Below are positions 8,793 to 18,416 of a DNA stretch of 64,000 nucleotides, piece after piece (position 1 is the first letter of the stretch; each line of letters opens with the position of its first letter). A model generated the notes under the pieces. The model worked only from the letters and a program-made list of their open reading frames with translations. It ran no database searches and was not told the DNA's origin. The translations under genes and the position numbers were made by a program. This DNA comes from Opitutus sp. (GTDB taxonomy: Bacteria > Verrucomicrobiota > Verrucomicrobiia > Opitutales > Opitutaceae), in NCBI GenBank assembly GCA_025361365.1, contig JANYAM010000218.1:1642-65641 (forward strand), read 5' to 3'.

Positions 8793-9230
8793 GTGAGCGA
8801 TCCCATTCCTGCCCCGGAAAGCAAGCAGCGCGACTTCAAGAATTTCTTCCAGTCGGTCGGCTACGCCATCGAGGGCTTCCTGGCGGCGCTGAAACACGAG
8901 CCGTCTTTTCGCGAGGACATGATCTTCATGATCATCCTGACCCCCCTCGCGGTCATGCTGCCCGTCAAGGCCGTGTCCACCGCGGTGATGATCGCCTCCC
9001 TTTTCGTCATCGTCATCGCCGAGCTGCTCAACTCCGCCATCGAATGGACGATCGACGACATCTCGCTCGAGAAGCGGCCGTTCGCCAAGCGCGCGAAGGA
9101 CATGGGCAGCGCCGCGGTCTTTCTCGCCTACATCAATTGCGCGGTGGTCTGGGGGGTCATCCTGTATTCCAACTGGCACCGCATCCAGACGCTGGAATTC
9201 CTGACCTGGCCGCCGCAATTCCTGCAGTAA
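8793..9230 (+). CDS. dgkA: Diacylglycerol kinase
   Basis: Three TM helices and the AELLNSAIE motif typical of DgkA. GTG 8793 preferred over the track's 8703 start. Confidence 0.8.
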   Translation: MSDPIPAPESKQRDFKNFFQSVGYAIEGFLAALKHEPSFREDMIFMIILTPLAVMLPVKAVSTAVMIASLFVIVIAELLNSAIEWTIDDISLEKRPFAKRAKDMGSAAVFLAYINCAVVWGVILYSNWHRIQTLEFLTWPPQFLQ

Positions 9231-9257
9231 ACATCCCCCGGGGCACTCGGATCATTT

Positions 9258-9329
9258 TGTAGGGGCGGCTTTACGCCGCGATCCGAACGTGACGCCACCC
9301 ACGAATCGCGGCATAAAGCCGCTCCTACG
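9258..9329. repeat. REP doublet
   Basis: tGTAGGGGCGGCtttacGCCGCgat (9258-9282) and the inverted unit atcGCGGCataaaGCCGCTCCTACg (9305-9329), between convergent dgkA and lptF/G. Confidence 0.6.
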
Positions 9330-9346
9330 CCAGCCAACGCGAACGC

Positions 9347-10459
9347 TCACCGCATCTGGCCGAAGAAATAGGCCGCGAGGCCGGTCATTGCCAGGTTGGG
9401 CATGATCGCCGCCCACACCGGCTCGAGATAACCGCGGCCCCCGAGCACGACGGCTAGGTTCGACAGGACATAATAGAGGAAGAACAGGCCGATCGACTTC
9501 GACACGCCGACCGCCGGGCTTACCCGCACGCCCGCGGCGGCGAAGGGGATGGCAATGGCCAGGATGATGAGCGGCCCGAGGGTATCGGCCAACAGCCCGT
9601 AGTAGCGCACCTCGTAGGGCACGAGCTTCGGGTTATGCTCGGCGGCGAAATAGTCGACGATGCGCCCCAGTTCGTTGAAGGAGAGCTGGCCGGGCCGGCG
9701 GTCGATCAGCAGCATGAGGCCCGGCTCCTCGGTGAATTGCGGCATGGTCTTGGAGGCGAAGGGCACCGGACGCACCAGCTCGCCCTGCTCGGGGTCGAAG
9801 GTCATCTCGCGTCCGTCGGTGAATGTCCATTCCCGGTGCACGGCGTCGTAAGTCGCCTCGCGAGCGATGATGCGTGATTTCTCCCGGTGCGCCTTGTCCA
9901 GCTCCGACACGCTGACGCCGTAGGCGGTGCCGGAGAAGCGGCTGTAGCGGTTGATGAACCACAGGCGGCCCTCGCGCTGGTTATCGAAGGTCACGCTGGA
10001 GACCACGCCGAGCGTGCCGCCGGGCATCTTGGCCGCCTCGGACCGAAACTCGAAGCTCTCGAGCAGGCTGCGGGAGGCCTCGACCGACCAGGGCACCACG
10101 CGGGCGTTGAGCAGGAGGGACACGCCGCAGAGCACCACGCCGGCCAGCCACAGGGAGCGGGTCGTGGCGAAAATGTTCAGCCCCGCCGCGCGGATCGCCG
10201 TGAGTTCGTTGTTGCGGTGTAGCTTGCTCAACACGAAAAGCAGCGAGAGCAGCATCGAGAGCGGCAGCACGATCGACAGGTTGCTCGGCATCAGCGTGGC
10301 ATAATAGAGCAGCATGTCCCCCGGGCTGGCGTTCACGTCGATCAGCTCGCGGAAATTGTCGTAGAGCGCCCCCAGCAGCAGCAGGCCCATCGTGGCCCCG
10401 AGCAGCAGCCCGAGCATCTTCAGCCATTCGCGGAGGAGGTAGCGGTCGAGGAGATTCAA
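9347..10459 (-). CDS. LptF/LptG-family LPS export permease
   Basis: MNLLDRYLLREWLKMLGLLLG... N-terminus, 6-TM layout and a periplasmic insert typical of the YjgP/YjgQ family. Confidence 0.85.
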   Translation of the reverse strand: MNLLDRYLLREWLKMLGLLLGATMGLLLLGALYDNFRELIDVNASPGDMLLYYATLMPSNLSIVLPLSMLLSLLFVLSKLHRNNELTAIRAAGLNIFATTRSLWLAGVVLCGVSLLLNARVVPWSVEASRSLLESFEFRSEAAKMPGGTLGVVSSVTFDNQREGRLWFINRYSRFSGTAYGVSVSELDKAHREKSRIIAREATYDAVHREWTFTDGREMTFDPEQGELVRPVPFASKTMPQFTEEPGLMLLIDRRPGQLSFNELGRIVDYFAAEHNPKLVPYEVRYYGLLADTLGPLIILAIAIPFAAAGVRVSPAVGVSKSIGLFFLYYVLSNLAVVLGGRGYLEPVWAAIMPNLAMTGLAAYFFGQMR

Positions 10460-10502
10460 GTCGGCGGGCAGTCAAGCAAGGCAGGCCCGGGGCGCAACAT
10501 AT

Positions 10503-10537
10503 TGTAGGGTGGAACCCGGCCTCCGGACGGGTTTTTC
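10503..10537. repeat. Single REP-like unit
   Basis: tGTAGGgtggAACCCGgcctccggaCGGGTTtttc. Confidence 0.4.
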
Positions 10538-10718
10538 AACTCGAGCGCCCTGAAACGCGTCCGGCCCGTCAGCCATAGGCCCGGCGACGGCTGAAGGCCG
10601 CGTTTCACCTTCGTCCAGCCTCGGGAACAAGACCTGCTTCCCGGCCCTCTCATATTGCCGGCAGTTGCGGGTTGAAAGCCCCGGCCGGCTGCTTTTAGGT
10701 CACGTCCTCTCATCCCCT

Positions 10719-11852
10719 ATGTCCGTCCGTCCCCTGTCCCTTTTGTTCCGGCTCGCCCTCGGCGCCGGGGCCCTGGCCGCGAGCCTCGCCGCCCAGGACA
10801 CCATCAAGATCGGCGAATTCGCCTCGCTCACCGGCAAGGAGGCCGTCTTCGGCCAGAACGCCCACAAGGGCACCCTCCTCGCCATCGAGGAGATCAACGC
10901 CGCCGGCGGCGTCCTCGGCCGCAAGCTCGAGCTGCTCACCGAGGACGACCAGTCCAAGCCCGGCGAGTCCGCCACCGTCGTCAAGAAGCTCATCTCCCGC
11001 GACGGCGTCGTCGCCGTCCTCGGCGAGATCACCTCGGGCCGCACGCTGGAGGCCGCGCCGATCTGCCAGAACGCGAAGATCCCGCTGATTTCCCCCGGCG
11101 CGACCAACGTGTCCGTTACGGCCAAGGGCAACTACATCTTCCGCGTCTGCTTCATCGATGATTTCCAAGGCACGGTCATGGCGAAGTTCGCCCACGAAAC
11201 CCTGAAGCTCAACCACGTCGCCATTCTTTCCTCGGTCTCCTCCGCCCAGGCCGTCGGCCTGGCCAAATACTTCCGGGAACGCTTCACCGCCGACGGCGGC
11301 GCCATCGCGGCCGAGCCGAAATATGGCGAGGGCGACAAGGATTTTCGTGCCCAGCTCACCGCCATCAAATCCGCCGGCGCCGACGGCGTCTTCGTGCCGG
11401 GCTACTACGCCGAGGCCGCCCTCATCTGCAAGCAGGCCCGCGAACTCGGCCTGATGGTGCCGCTCTTCGGCATCGACGGCTGGGAGTCGCCCGAGCTCAT
11501 CCAGATAGGCGGCGCGGCCGTCGAAGGCTCCTATTTCTCCACCCACTACTCGCCGGAGAACCAGTCGCCCGCTGTCGTCGCCTTCAACACGCGCTTCAAG
11601 CAGCGCTGGGGCCTCGACACCAACGCACTCTCCGCCCTCGGCTACGATTCCGCCCTGGTCCTGATCGACGCGATCAAGCGCGCCGGCACAACGGACGGCC
11701 CGAAGCTGCGCGACGCCCTCGCCGCGACGAAGGACTTCGCCGGCGCCACCGGCCGCATCACCTTCGACGCCCAGCGCAACCCCACCAAGTCCGCCGTCGT
11801 CCTCACCGTGAAGAACGGCCGTTATGCCTTTGTCCAAGACGTTCACCCCTGA
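10719..11852 (+). CDS. ABC transporter substrate-binding protein, Leu/Ile/Val-binding family (paralog 1)
   Basis: Signal peptide, then DTIKIGEFASLTGKEAVFGQNAHKGTLLAIEEINAAGGVLGRKLEL, typical of the PF13458 family. Start at ATG 10719. Confidence 0.85.
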   Translation: MSVRPLSLLFRLALGAGALAASLAAQDTIKIGEFASLTGKEAVFGQNAHKGTLLAIEEINAAGGVLGRKLELLTEDDQSKPGESATVVKKLISRDGVVAVLGEITSGRTLEAAPICQNAKIPLISPGATNVSVTAKGNYIFRVCFIDDFQGTVMAKFAHETLKLNHVAILSSVSSAQAVGLAKYFRERFTADGGAIAAEPKYGEGDKDFRAQLTAIKSAGADGVFVPGYYAEAALICKQARELGLMVPLFGIDGWESPELIQIGGAAVEGSYFSTHYSPENQSPAVVAFNTRFKQRWGLDTNALSALGYDSALVLIDAIKRAGTTDGPKLRDALAATKDFAGATGRITFDAQRNPTKSAVVLTVKNGRYAFVQDVHP

Positions 11853-11865
11853 TTTTATCCTCTCC

Positions 11866-12981
11866 ATGAAAACTCCCGCCCTGCTCCTTGCCCTTGCCGC
11901 GACTGCGGCGCTCTCCGCCGCCGACCCCATCAAGCTCGGTGAATACGCCTCGCTCACCGGCAAGGAGGCCGGCTTCGGCCAGACCTCGCACCAGGGCGTT
12001 GTCCTGGCCATCGAGGAGATCAACGCCGCCGGCGGCGTCCTCGGCCGCAAGCTCGAGCTCACCACCGAGGACAATCAGACGAAGCCGGGCGAGTCCGCCA
12101 CCGTCGTCAAGAAACTCATCTCCCGCGACAAGGTCGTCGCCCTCATCGGCGAGGTCTCCTCGGGCCGCTCGCTCGAGGCCGCGCCCATCGCCCAGCAGGC
12201 GAAGATCCCGATGGTCGCCCCCGCCGCCACCAACCCGAAGGTCACCCAGACCGGCAACTACATCTTCCGCGTCTGCTTCATCGACCCCTTCCAGGGCACG
12301 GTCATGGCGAAGTTCGCCAAGCAGGACCTGAAGGTGAAGCGCGTCGCCGTCCTCTCCAGCGTCTCCAACGCCTACAGCCTCGGCCTCGCCAAGTTCTTCA
12401 AGGAAACCTTCACCGCCGGTGGCGGCGAGATTGTCACCGAGAAGAATCTCGCCGAGGGCGACAAGGACTTCCGCGCCCAGCTCACCGCCGTGAAGGCCGC
12501 GGGCGTCGACGCCGTTTATGTCCCCTGCTACTACACCGAGGCCGCCCTCATCGTCCGCCAAGCCCGCGACCTCGGCCTGACCATGCCGTTCTTCGGCGGC
12601 GACGGCTGGGAGGACGAGCAGCTCCTCAAGATCGGCGGCGAGGCGATGAACGGCTGCTATTACTCCACTCACTTCTCCGCTGAGAATACCGACCCGGTCG
12701 TCGCGGCCTTCACCGCGAAATACAAGGCGCGCTGGAACAACGAGTCCCCGGGCGCCTTCTCCGCCCTCGGCTACGACGCCGTCTACGTCATCGCCGCCGC
12801 CATCAAGCGCGCCGGCACGACCGACGGCCCGGCGCTGCGCGACGCCCTCGCCGCCACCAAGGACTTCCCGGGCATCAGCGGCACGACCACCATCGACAAG
12901 GACCGCAACGCCTCCAAGTCCGCCACGATCATCGCGCTCAAGGACGGCAAGGCCAAGTTCTTCAAGACCGTTTCCCCGTGA
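11866..12981 (+). CDS. ABC transporter substrate-binding protein (paralog 2)
   Basis: DPIKLGEYASLTGKEAGFGQTSHQGVVLAIEEINAAGGVLGRKLEL; high identity to paralog 1. Start at ATG 11866. Confidence 0.85.
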   Translation: MKTPALLLALAATAALSAADPIKLGEYASLTGKEAGFGQTSHQGVVLAIEEINAAGGVLGRKLELTTEDNQTKPGESATVVKKLISRDKVVALIGEVSSGRSLEAAPIAQQAKIPMVAPAATNPKVTQTGNYIFRVCFIDPFQGTVMAKFAKQDLKVKRVAVLSSVSNAYSLGLAKFFKETFTAGGGEIVTEKNLAEGDKDFRAQLTAVKAAGVDAVYVPCYYTEAALIVRQARDLGLTMPFFGGDGWEDEQLLKIGGEAMNGCYYSTHFSAENTDPVVAAFTAKYKARWNNESPGAFSALGYDAVYVIAAAIKRAGTTDGPALRDALAATKDFPGISGTTTIDKDRNASKSATIIALKDGKAKFFKTVSP

Positions 12982-12983
12982 CG

Positions 12984-13110
12984 CGCAAAATCGCAAAGGC
13001 CAAAGGTCCAAACGCCAAAGAAATCCGAAATGAAGTCGCTCTCTGTTTTTAGTCATTTTGCCCTCCGCGCTCTGTTTGGTGTTTTGGCGTTTGGCGTTTG
13101 GAATTTTGCG
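12984..13110 (+). repeat. Long imperfect hairpin enclosing the start codon and signal-peptide codons of paralog 3
   Basis: Left arm 12984-13020 is (CGCAAAA TCGCAAA GGCCAAA GGTCCAAA CGCCAAA). Right arm 13074-13110 is (TTTGGTGTTTTGGCGTTTGGCGTTTGGAATTTTGCG). About 29/37 positions are complementary by hand alignment. Confidence 0.5.
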
Positions 13111-14178
13111 TCCGCTGAGGACGCCATCAAGGTCGGCGAATACGGCGCGTTCTCCGGCAAGGAGGCCGCGTTCGGGCTCTCCGCACGCAAGGGCGCCATC
13201 CTCGCCTTCGAGGAGGCCAACGCCCATGGCGGCGTCCTCGGCCGCAAGGTCGAGCTGCTCACCGAGGACAACCAGTCCAAGGCCGGCGAGTCCGCCACCA
13301 TCGCCAAGAAGTTCGTCTCCCGGGACAAGGTCGTCGCCGTCCTCGGCGGCAACCCCTCCAGCAATTCGCTCGAGGCCGCGCCCATCCTGCAGAACGCGAA
13401 GATCCCGATGATCGCGATCTCGTCGACCAACCCGCGTGTCACCGAAATCGGCAACTACATCTTCCGCGTCTGCTTCATCGACCCGTTCCAGGGCACCGTG
13501 CTGGCGAAGTTCGCCAAAGATACGCTGCACGCCAAGCGCGCCGCCATCATCACCTCCGTCAACAATGCCTATAGCGTCGGTATCTCGAAGGTGTTCCGGG
13601 AAAAATTCACCGCCGCGGGCGGCGAGGTCGTGATCGAGCAAAAGCACAGCGAGGGTGACAAGGACTTCCGCGCCCAGCTCACCGCCATCAAAGCCGCGGG
13701 TGTCGACTGCATCTTCCACTCGAGCAACTACACCGAGGGCGCGCTCATCTGCATCCAGGCCCGGCAGCTCGGCTTCACCGGCCCTCTCTTCGGCGGCGAT
13801 GCCTGGGAGGCCCCGCAGCTCATCGAGATCGGCGGCGCGGCCGTCGAGGGCACCTACTATTCCACCCACGCCTCGCCCGAGTCCACCGCGCCGGTGATGC
13901 AGAATTTCATCAAGAAATTCCGCGCCCGCTGGGACGGCGAGACTCCCGACAGCATCGCCGCCCTCGGCTACGATGCCGCCGCCCTGCTCTTCGACGCCCT
14001 CCAGCGCGCCGGCACCACCGATAGTGCCAAGCTGCGCGAGGCCATTGCGACGACCAAGGATTTTTCCGGGGTCACCGGCCGCATTACCATCGACCAGGAC
14101 CGCAACGCGACCAAGTCGGCGGTCATCCTGACGGTCAAAAACGGCAAATTCGCCTACGTCGAGACGATCGATCCCTGA
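13030..14178 (+). CDS. ABC transporter substrate-binding protein (paralog 3)
   Basis: DAIKVGEYGAFSGKEAAFGLSARKGAILAFEEANAHGGVLGRKVEL; same family as paralogs 1 and 2. Confidence 0.85.
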   Translation: MKSLSVFSHFALRALFGVLAFGVWNFASAEDAIKVGEYGAFSGKEAAFGLSARKGAILAFEEANAHGGVLGRKVELLTEDNQSKAGESATIAKKFVSRDKVVAVLGGNPSSNSLEAAPILQNAKIPMIAISSTNPRVTEIGNYIFRVCFIDPFQGTVLAKFAKDTLHAKRAAIITSVNNAYSVGISKVFREKFTAAGGEVVIEQKHSEGDKDFRAQLTAIKAAGVDCIFHSSNYTEGALICIQARQLGFTGPLFGGDAWEAPQLIEIGGAAVEGTYYSTHASPESTAPVMQNFIKKFRARWDGETPDSIAALGYDAAALLFDALQRAGTTDSAKLREAIATTKDFSGVTGRITIDQDRNATKSAVILTVKNGKFAYVETIDP

Positions 14179-14208
14179 TTAGCCCGGATGGGCGAGGCCT
14201 TCCGGCTA

Positions 14209-14646
14209 GTTGAGAGTTGAGTGTTGAGAGGTGAGAGACTCGACTGATGGAGGCATGTTCAATTTCGAAAAACTGGAGGTCTGGCACAAAGCCGTAGCTT
14301 TCGCTGGCTTGGTCTACCGCCTGAGCAAAGGCTTCCCGACTGACGAACGTTTCGGCCTGACTAACCAGATCCGCCGGGCTGCCATTTCAATCGCATCCAA
14401 CATCGCTGAAGGTTCGGCGCGCCCTCCGGCTGATTTTGCCAAATTCATCGGCTATGCCACTGGCTCCGTTTACGAGGTCATCACTCAGGCCATCGTGGCC
14501 CGGAACGAGAGATTTCTAGGAGGCCCTGAATACGAGTAACTTTACCGTGACGCAGACGAGATTTCCCGCATGCTCAGTGGCCTGAGAAAATCCCTTGAGT
14601 AGCATCGTTTCTGCTCTCAACTCTCATCCCTCAACTCTCAACTCTC
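14209..14646 (+). mobile_element. IVS-like cassette: 29-33 nt inverted repeats flanking a four-helix-bundle gene, inserted between the binding-protein and livH cistrons
   Basis: Left arm GTTGAGAGTTGAGTGTTGAGAGGTGAGAG (14209-14237). The reverse complement of the right arm (14614-14646) matches it at 26/29 positions. The interior has visibly lower GC than the flanks. Confidence 0.5.
14255..14602 (+). pseudogene. Four-helix-bundle protein (23S rRNA intervening-sequence protein family, TIGR02436-like) with an in-frame TAA
   Basis: MFNFEKLEVWHKAVAF...ASNIAEGSAR is typical of the family. TAA lies at 14537-14539. The same frame continues LYRDADEISRMLSGLRKSLE to TAG 14600-14602, which looks like the family's usual C-terminus. 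Confidence 0.7.
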
Positions 14647-14650
14647 CAGA

Positions 14651-15541
14651 GTGTCCGAATTCCTGCAGCAACTTCTCAACGGCCTGTCCCTCGGGGCCAT
14701 CTATGCGCTCATCGCGCTCGGCTACACGATGGTCTACGGGGTCCTGCGCTTCATTAACTTCGCGCATTCGGACGTGTTCATGGTCGGCGCCTTCATCGGC
14801 TACTACATGGGCAAGCTCGTGCCGGAAAACACGGTCTGGGGCGGCCTGATCGTCCTGGTCGTCGCGATGCTCGGTTGCTCCGTGATCGGCATGGTCATCG
14901 AACGGCTGGCCTACCGGCCACTGCGCGGCGCCGCCACGCTTAACGTTCTCATCACCGCCATCGGCGTCTCGCTGCTCCTGGAATATTCGGGCCAGGTCTT
15001 CTTCGGCGCCACCCCGCGCACCTTTCCGGCGGTGTTCCCTTCGGTCAACTTCACGCTCGGCGGCCTGGTCATCTCTTCCAACCAGGTCGTGGTCATCGTC
15101 GTCACCGCGCTGCTCATGGTCGGCCTGCAGGTGATTGTCTACCGCACCAAGATCGGCACCGCGATGCGCGCCGTCTCGCTCAACCCGAAGGCCGCGCAGC
15201 TGGTCGGCGTCAACAACGACGTCGTCATCTCCTTCACCTTCGGCCTCGGCTCCGCCCTCGCGGCCGCCGGCGGCATCCTCTACGCGCTTAACTATCCCTC
15301 GATCGACCCGCTGATGGGCGTCATGCCCGGCCTCAAGGCCTTTGTCGCCGCCGTGCTCGGCGGCATCGGCAATATCCCCGGCGCCGCCCTCGGCGGCCTG
15401 CTGCTGGGCACGGTCGAGACGTTCGTGAACGGCAGCCAGTGGTCGACCTACAAGGACGCCATCGCGTTCGCGATCCTCATCATCATCCTGCTCTTCCGGC
15501 CGGCCGGCCTGCTGGGCAAAGCCACCATCGAGAAGGTCTGA
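14651..15541 (+). CDS. livH: Branched-chain amino acid ABC transporter permease
   Basis: GTG start. LNGLSLGAIYALIALGYTMVYGVLRFINFAHSD is a LivH hallmark. Confidence 0.9.
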   Translation: MSEFLQQLLNGLSLGAIYALIALGYTMVYGVLRFINFAHSDVFMVGAFIGYYMGKLVPENTVWGGLIVLVVAMLGCSVIGMVIERLAYRPLRGAATLNVLITAIGVSLLLEYSGQVFFGATPRTFPAVFPSVNFTLGGLVISSNQVVVIVVTALLMVGLQVIVYRTKIGTAMRAVSLNPKAAQLVGVNNDVVISFTFGLGSALAAAGGILYALNYPSIDPLMGVMPGLKAFVAAVLGGIGNIPGAALGGLLLGTVETFVNGSQWSTYKDAIAFAILIIILLFRPAGLLGKATIEKV

Positions 15542-15547
15542 TTATTT

Positions 15548-15665
15548 ATGGCCACAAAGAGTCACAAAAAATCATTCCTGCCGGCCGACACCTGCGTCGC
15601 GCCTATAGGCGCGCGGAAGATCGACGCCGAAGCCCAGGATAATTTTTGTGCCTTTTCGTGGCAAA
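15548..15665. mobile_element. 118-bp MITE-like palindromic element, CACAAA family, copy 1
   Basis: Arms ATGGCCACAAAGAGTCACAAAAAAT and ATTTTTGTGCCTTTTCGTGGCAAA. Core GCGTCGCGCCTATAGGCGCGCGGAAGATCGACGC. Confidence 0.6.
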
Positions 15666-15691
15666 CCGGTTTGGGAAACCTTCGCTGAGCC

Positions 15692-16636
15692 ATGCCGCGC
15701 CCGCATCTCTATCTCCTCGTCGCCCTGCTGGCCGCCTTCGGGATCTCTTGGTTCTCCGACCGGATCGATCCCTACTACCTCGACGTCCTGATCGGCATCG
15801 GGATCAACATCATCCTCGCCGTCTCCCTCAACCTGGTGAACGGCTACACCGGCCAGTTCTCGCTCGGCCATGCGGGCTTCATGTCGGTCGGCGCTTATGG
15901 CGCCGCCGCGGTGTCGCTCTTCCTCGGCCCCAAGATGCTCGGCGAGGACGGCGGCACCGCGCTGCAACAGGGCCTGATGTTCCTCGGCGCGCTCACCGCC
16001 GGCGGCCTCGCCGCGTCCCTGGCCGGCCTCGCGGTCGGCATCCCTTCGCTCCGCCTCAAGGGCGACTACCTCGCGCTCGTCACCCTTGGCTTCGGCGAGA
16101 TCATTCGCGTCATCTTTCAGAACGTGGAATTCCTCGGCGGCGCCCTCGGCCTCAACGGCATTCCGGCCTACACCTCCATCTTCTGGGTCCTCGCCTTCGT
16201 CGCGCTGGCCGTTTTCACCGTCACCTGCCTTGTGCATTCGACCTATGGCCGGGGGTTCCTCGCCACTAAGGACGATGAGGTCGCCTCCGAGGCCGTGGGC
16301 CTTAACACCACGCGCTACAAGATCGTGGCCTTCGTCATCGGCGCGTTCTTCGCGGGCGCGGCGGGCGGGCTTTACGGCCACTTCAAGATGACCATCACGC
16401 CGACCGGCTTCGACTTCACGAAGAGCATCGAGATCGTCGTCATGGTCATTCTCGGTGGCATGGGCAACACGATCGGCGTCATCCTCGCCGCCATCCTGCT
16501 CACCCTGCTGCCCGAGGTGCTCCGCCCGATCGCCGAATACCGGATGATCATCTACTCGCTGCTCCTGATTGTGCTGATGATCATGCGGCCGCAGGGGCTC
16601 TTCAATTTCAAGTTCGGCAAGACCACGACGCTCTGA
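15692..16636 (+). CDS. livM: Branched-chain amino acid ABC transporter permease
   Basis: LNLVNGYTGQFSLGHAGFMSVGAYG motif and polytopic membrane profile. Confidence 0.9.
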   Translation: MPRPHLYLLVALLAAFGISWFSDRIDPYYLDVLIGIGINIILAVSLNLVNGYTGQFSLGHAGFMSVGAYGAAAVSLFLGPKMLGEDGGTALQQGLMFLGALTAGGLAASLAGLAVGIPSLRLKGDYLALVTLGFGEIIRVIFQNVEFLGGALGLNGIPAYTSIFWVLAFVALAVFTVTCLVHSTYGRGFLATKDDEVASEAVGLNTTRYKIVAFVIGAFFAGAAGGLYGHFKMTITPTGFDFTKSIEIVVMVILGGMGNTIGVILAAILLTLLPEVLRPIAEYRMIIYSLLLIVLMIMRPQGLFNFKFGKTTTL

Positions 16637-16656
16637 TGCGGTTTTTAAATCATTTT

Positions 16657-16774
16657 ATGGCCACAAAGAGGCGCAAAGAATTGTTCGTGCCGCCTGTCAT
16701 CTGCGTCGCGCCCATAGGCGCACTGAAGATTACCGCCGCAGCCTCGGGTGTTTTTTGTGCCTTTTTGTGGCAAA
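16657..16774. mobile_element. 118-bp MITE-like palindromic element, CACAAA family, copy 2
   Basis: Arms ATGGCCACAAAGAGGCGCAAAGAA and TTTTTTGTGCCTTTTTGTGGCAAA. Core CTGCGTCGCGCCCATAGGCGCACTGAAGAT. Same length as copy 1. Confidence 0.6.
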
Positions 16775-16803
16775 TCAATCTGGAGCCTTCCATCTAGCGT
16801 CCC

Positions 16804-17592
16804 GTGCCCGCCCTTCTCCAACTCAACCAGGCCACGATCAAGTTCGGCGGTCTCACCGCCGTCAACGCGGTCGACTTTACCGTCAACGACGGCGAACTGG
16901 TCGGCCTCATCGGCCCCAACGGCGCGGGCAAGACCACCGTCTTCAACCTGATGACCGGCGTCTACCAGCCCACCTCCGGCTCCATCATGTTCAACGGCCA
17001 GCCGCTGGCCGGCCTGCGCGTCAACGAGATCGTCGAGCGCGGCATCGCCCGCACCTTCCAGAACATCCGCCTCTTCGGCTCGCTCTCGGTCTTCGACAAC
17101 GTCCGCGTCGCCTGCAACCTCCACCGCGGCACTTCCCCGATCCAGTCGCTGATCCGCATGGGCGCTTTCAAGCAAGACGAAGCCGAGGTCACCAAACGCG
17201 CCGAGGAGCTGCTCGAAATCTTCAACCTCCGCCGCTTCCGCGACGCCGAGGCCAAGAGTCTGCCGTATGGCGAACAGCGCCGCCTTGAGATCGTCCGCTG
17301 CCTCGCGACCAAGCCCAAGCTCCTCCTCCTCGACGAACCCGCCGCCGGCATGAACCCGACCGAGAAGGTCGAACTCGTCCGCCTCATCCAGCAGGTGCAG
17401 AAACAATTCGGCCTCTCCGTCCTGCTCGTCGAGCACTCGATGAAGGTCGTCATGGGCGTCTGCCAGCGCATCGCCGTCCTCGACTACGGCGTGAAGATCG
17501 CCGAGGGCAACCCGGCCCAGATCCAGTCCGACCCGAAGGTCATCGAGGCCTATCTCGGCGAGGATCACCAGAAATCCCTTTCCCATCACTAA
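16804..17592 (+). CDS. livG: ABC transporter ATP-binding protein
   Basis: Walker A GPNGAGKTT, signature LPYGEQRRLEI, Walker B LLLLDEPAAG. Confidence 0.9.
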   Translation: MPALLQLNQATIKFGGLTAVNAVDFTVNDGELVGLIGPNGAGKTTVFNLMTGVYQPTSGSIMFNGQPLAGLRVNEIVERGIARTFQNIRLFGSLSVFDNVRVACNLHRGTSPIQSLIRMGAFKQDEAEVTKRAEELLEIFNLRRFRDAEAKSLPYGEQRRLEIVRCLATKPKLLLLDEPAAGMNPTEKVELVRLIQQVQKQFGLSVLLVEHSMKVVMGVCQRIAVLDYGVKIAEGNPAQIQSDPKVIEAYLGEDHQKSLSHH

Positions 17593-17596
17593 TTTT

Positions 17597-17680
17597 AAAA
17601 CCGCTAATTGGCGCTAATCTCCGCTAATCATGACTAGTCCAGTCCCGGATTAGCGTAAATTAGCGAAGATCAGCGGTTAA
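17597..17680 (+). repeat. Intercistronic word-built hairpin (CGCTAAT words)
   Basis: AAAACCGCTAATTGGCGCTAATCTCCGCTAATC, an 18-nt loop, then GATTAGCGTAAATTAGCGAAGATCAGCGGTTAA. About 25/33 positions are complementary. Confidence 0.55.
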
Positions 17681-17689
17681 ATTCTAGGA

Positions 17690-18397
<708 letters not shown>

Positions 18398-18416
18398 GAT
18401 TTCCGATCCCCAAACT

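Noticed and set aside
15646-16269. ORFs beginning MCLFVAN.../MCLFAPLCG... (also 16755-17288, 34546-34833, 39383-40507)
   Set aside because: Their start regions are simply the right arm of the CACAAA palindromic elements (TTTGTGCCTTTTTGTGGCAAA). The downstream parts are out-of-frame shadows of livM, livG, preA and the NCS1 gene.
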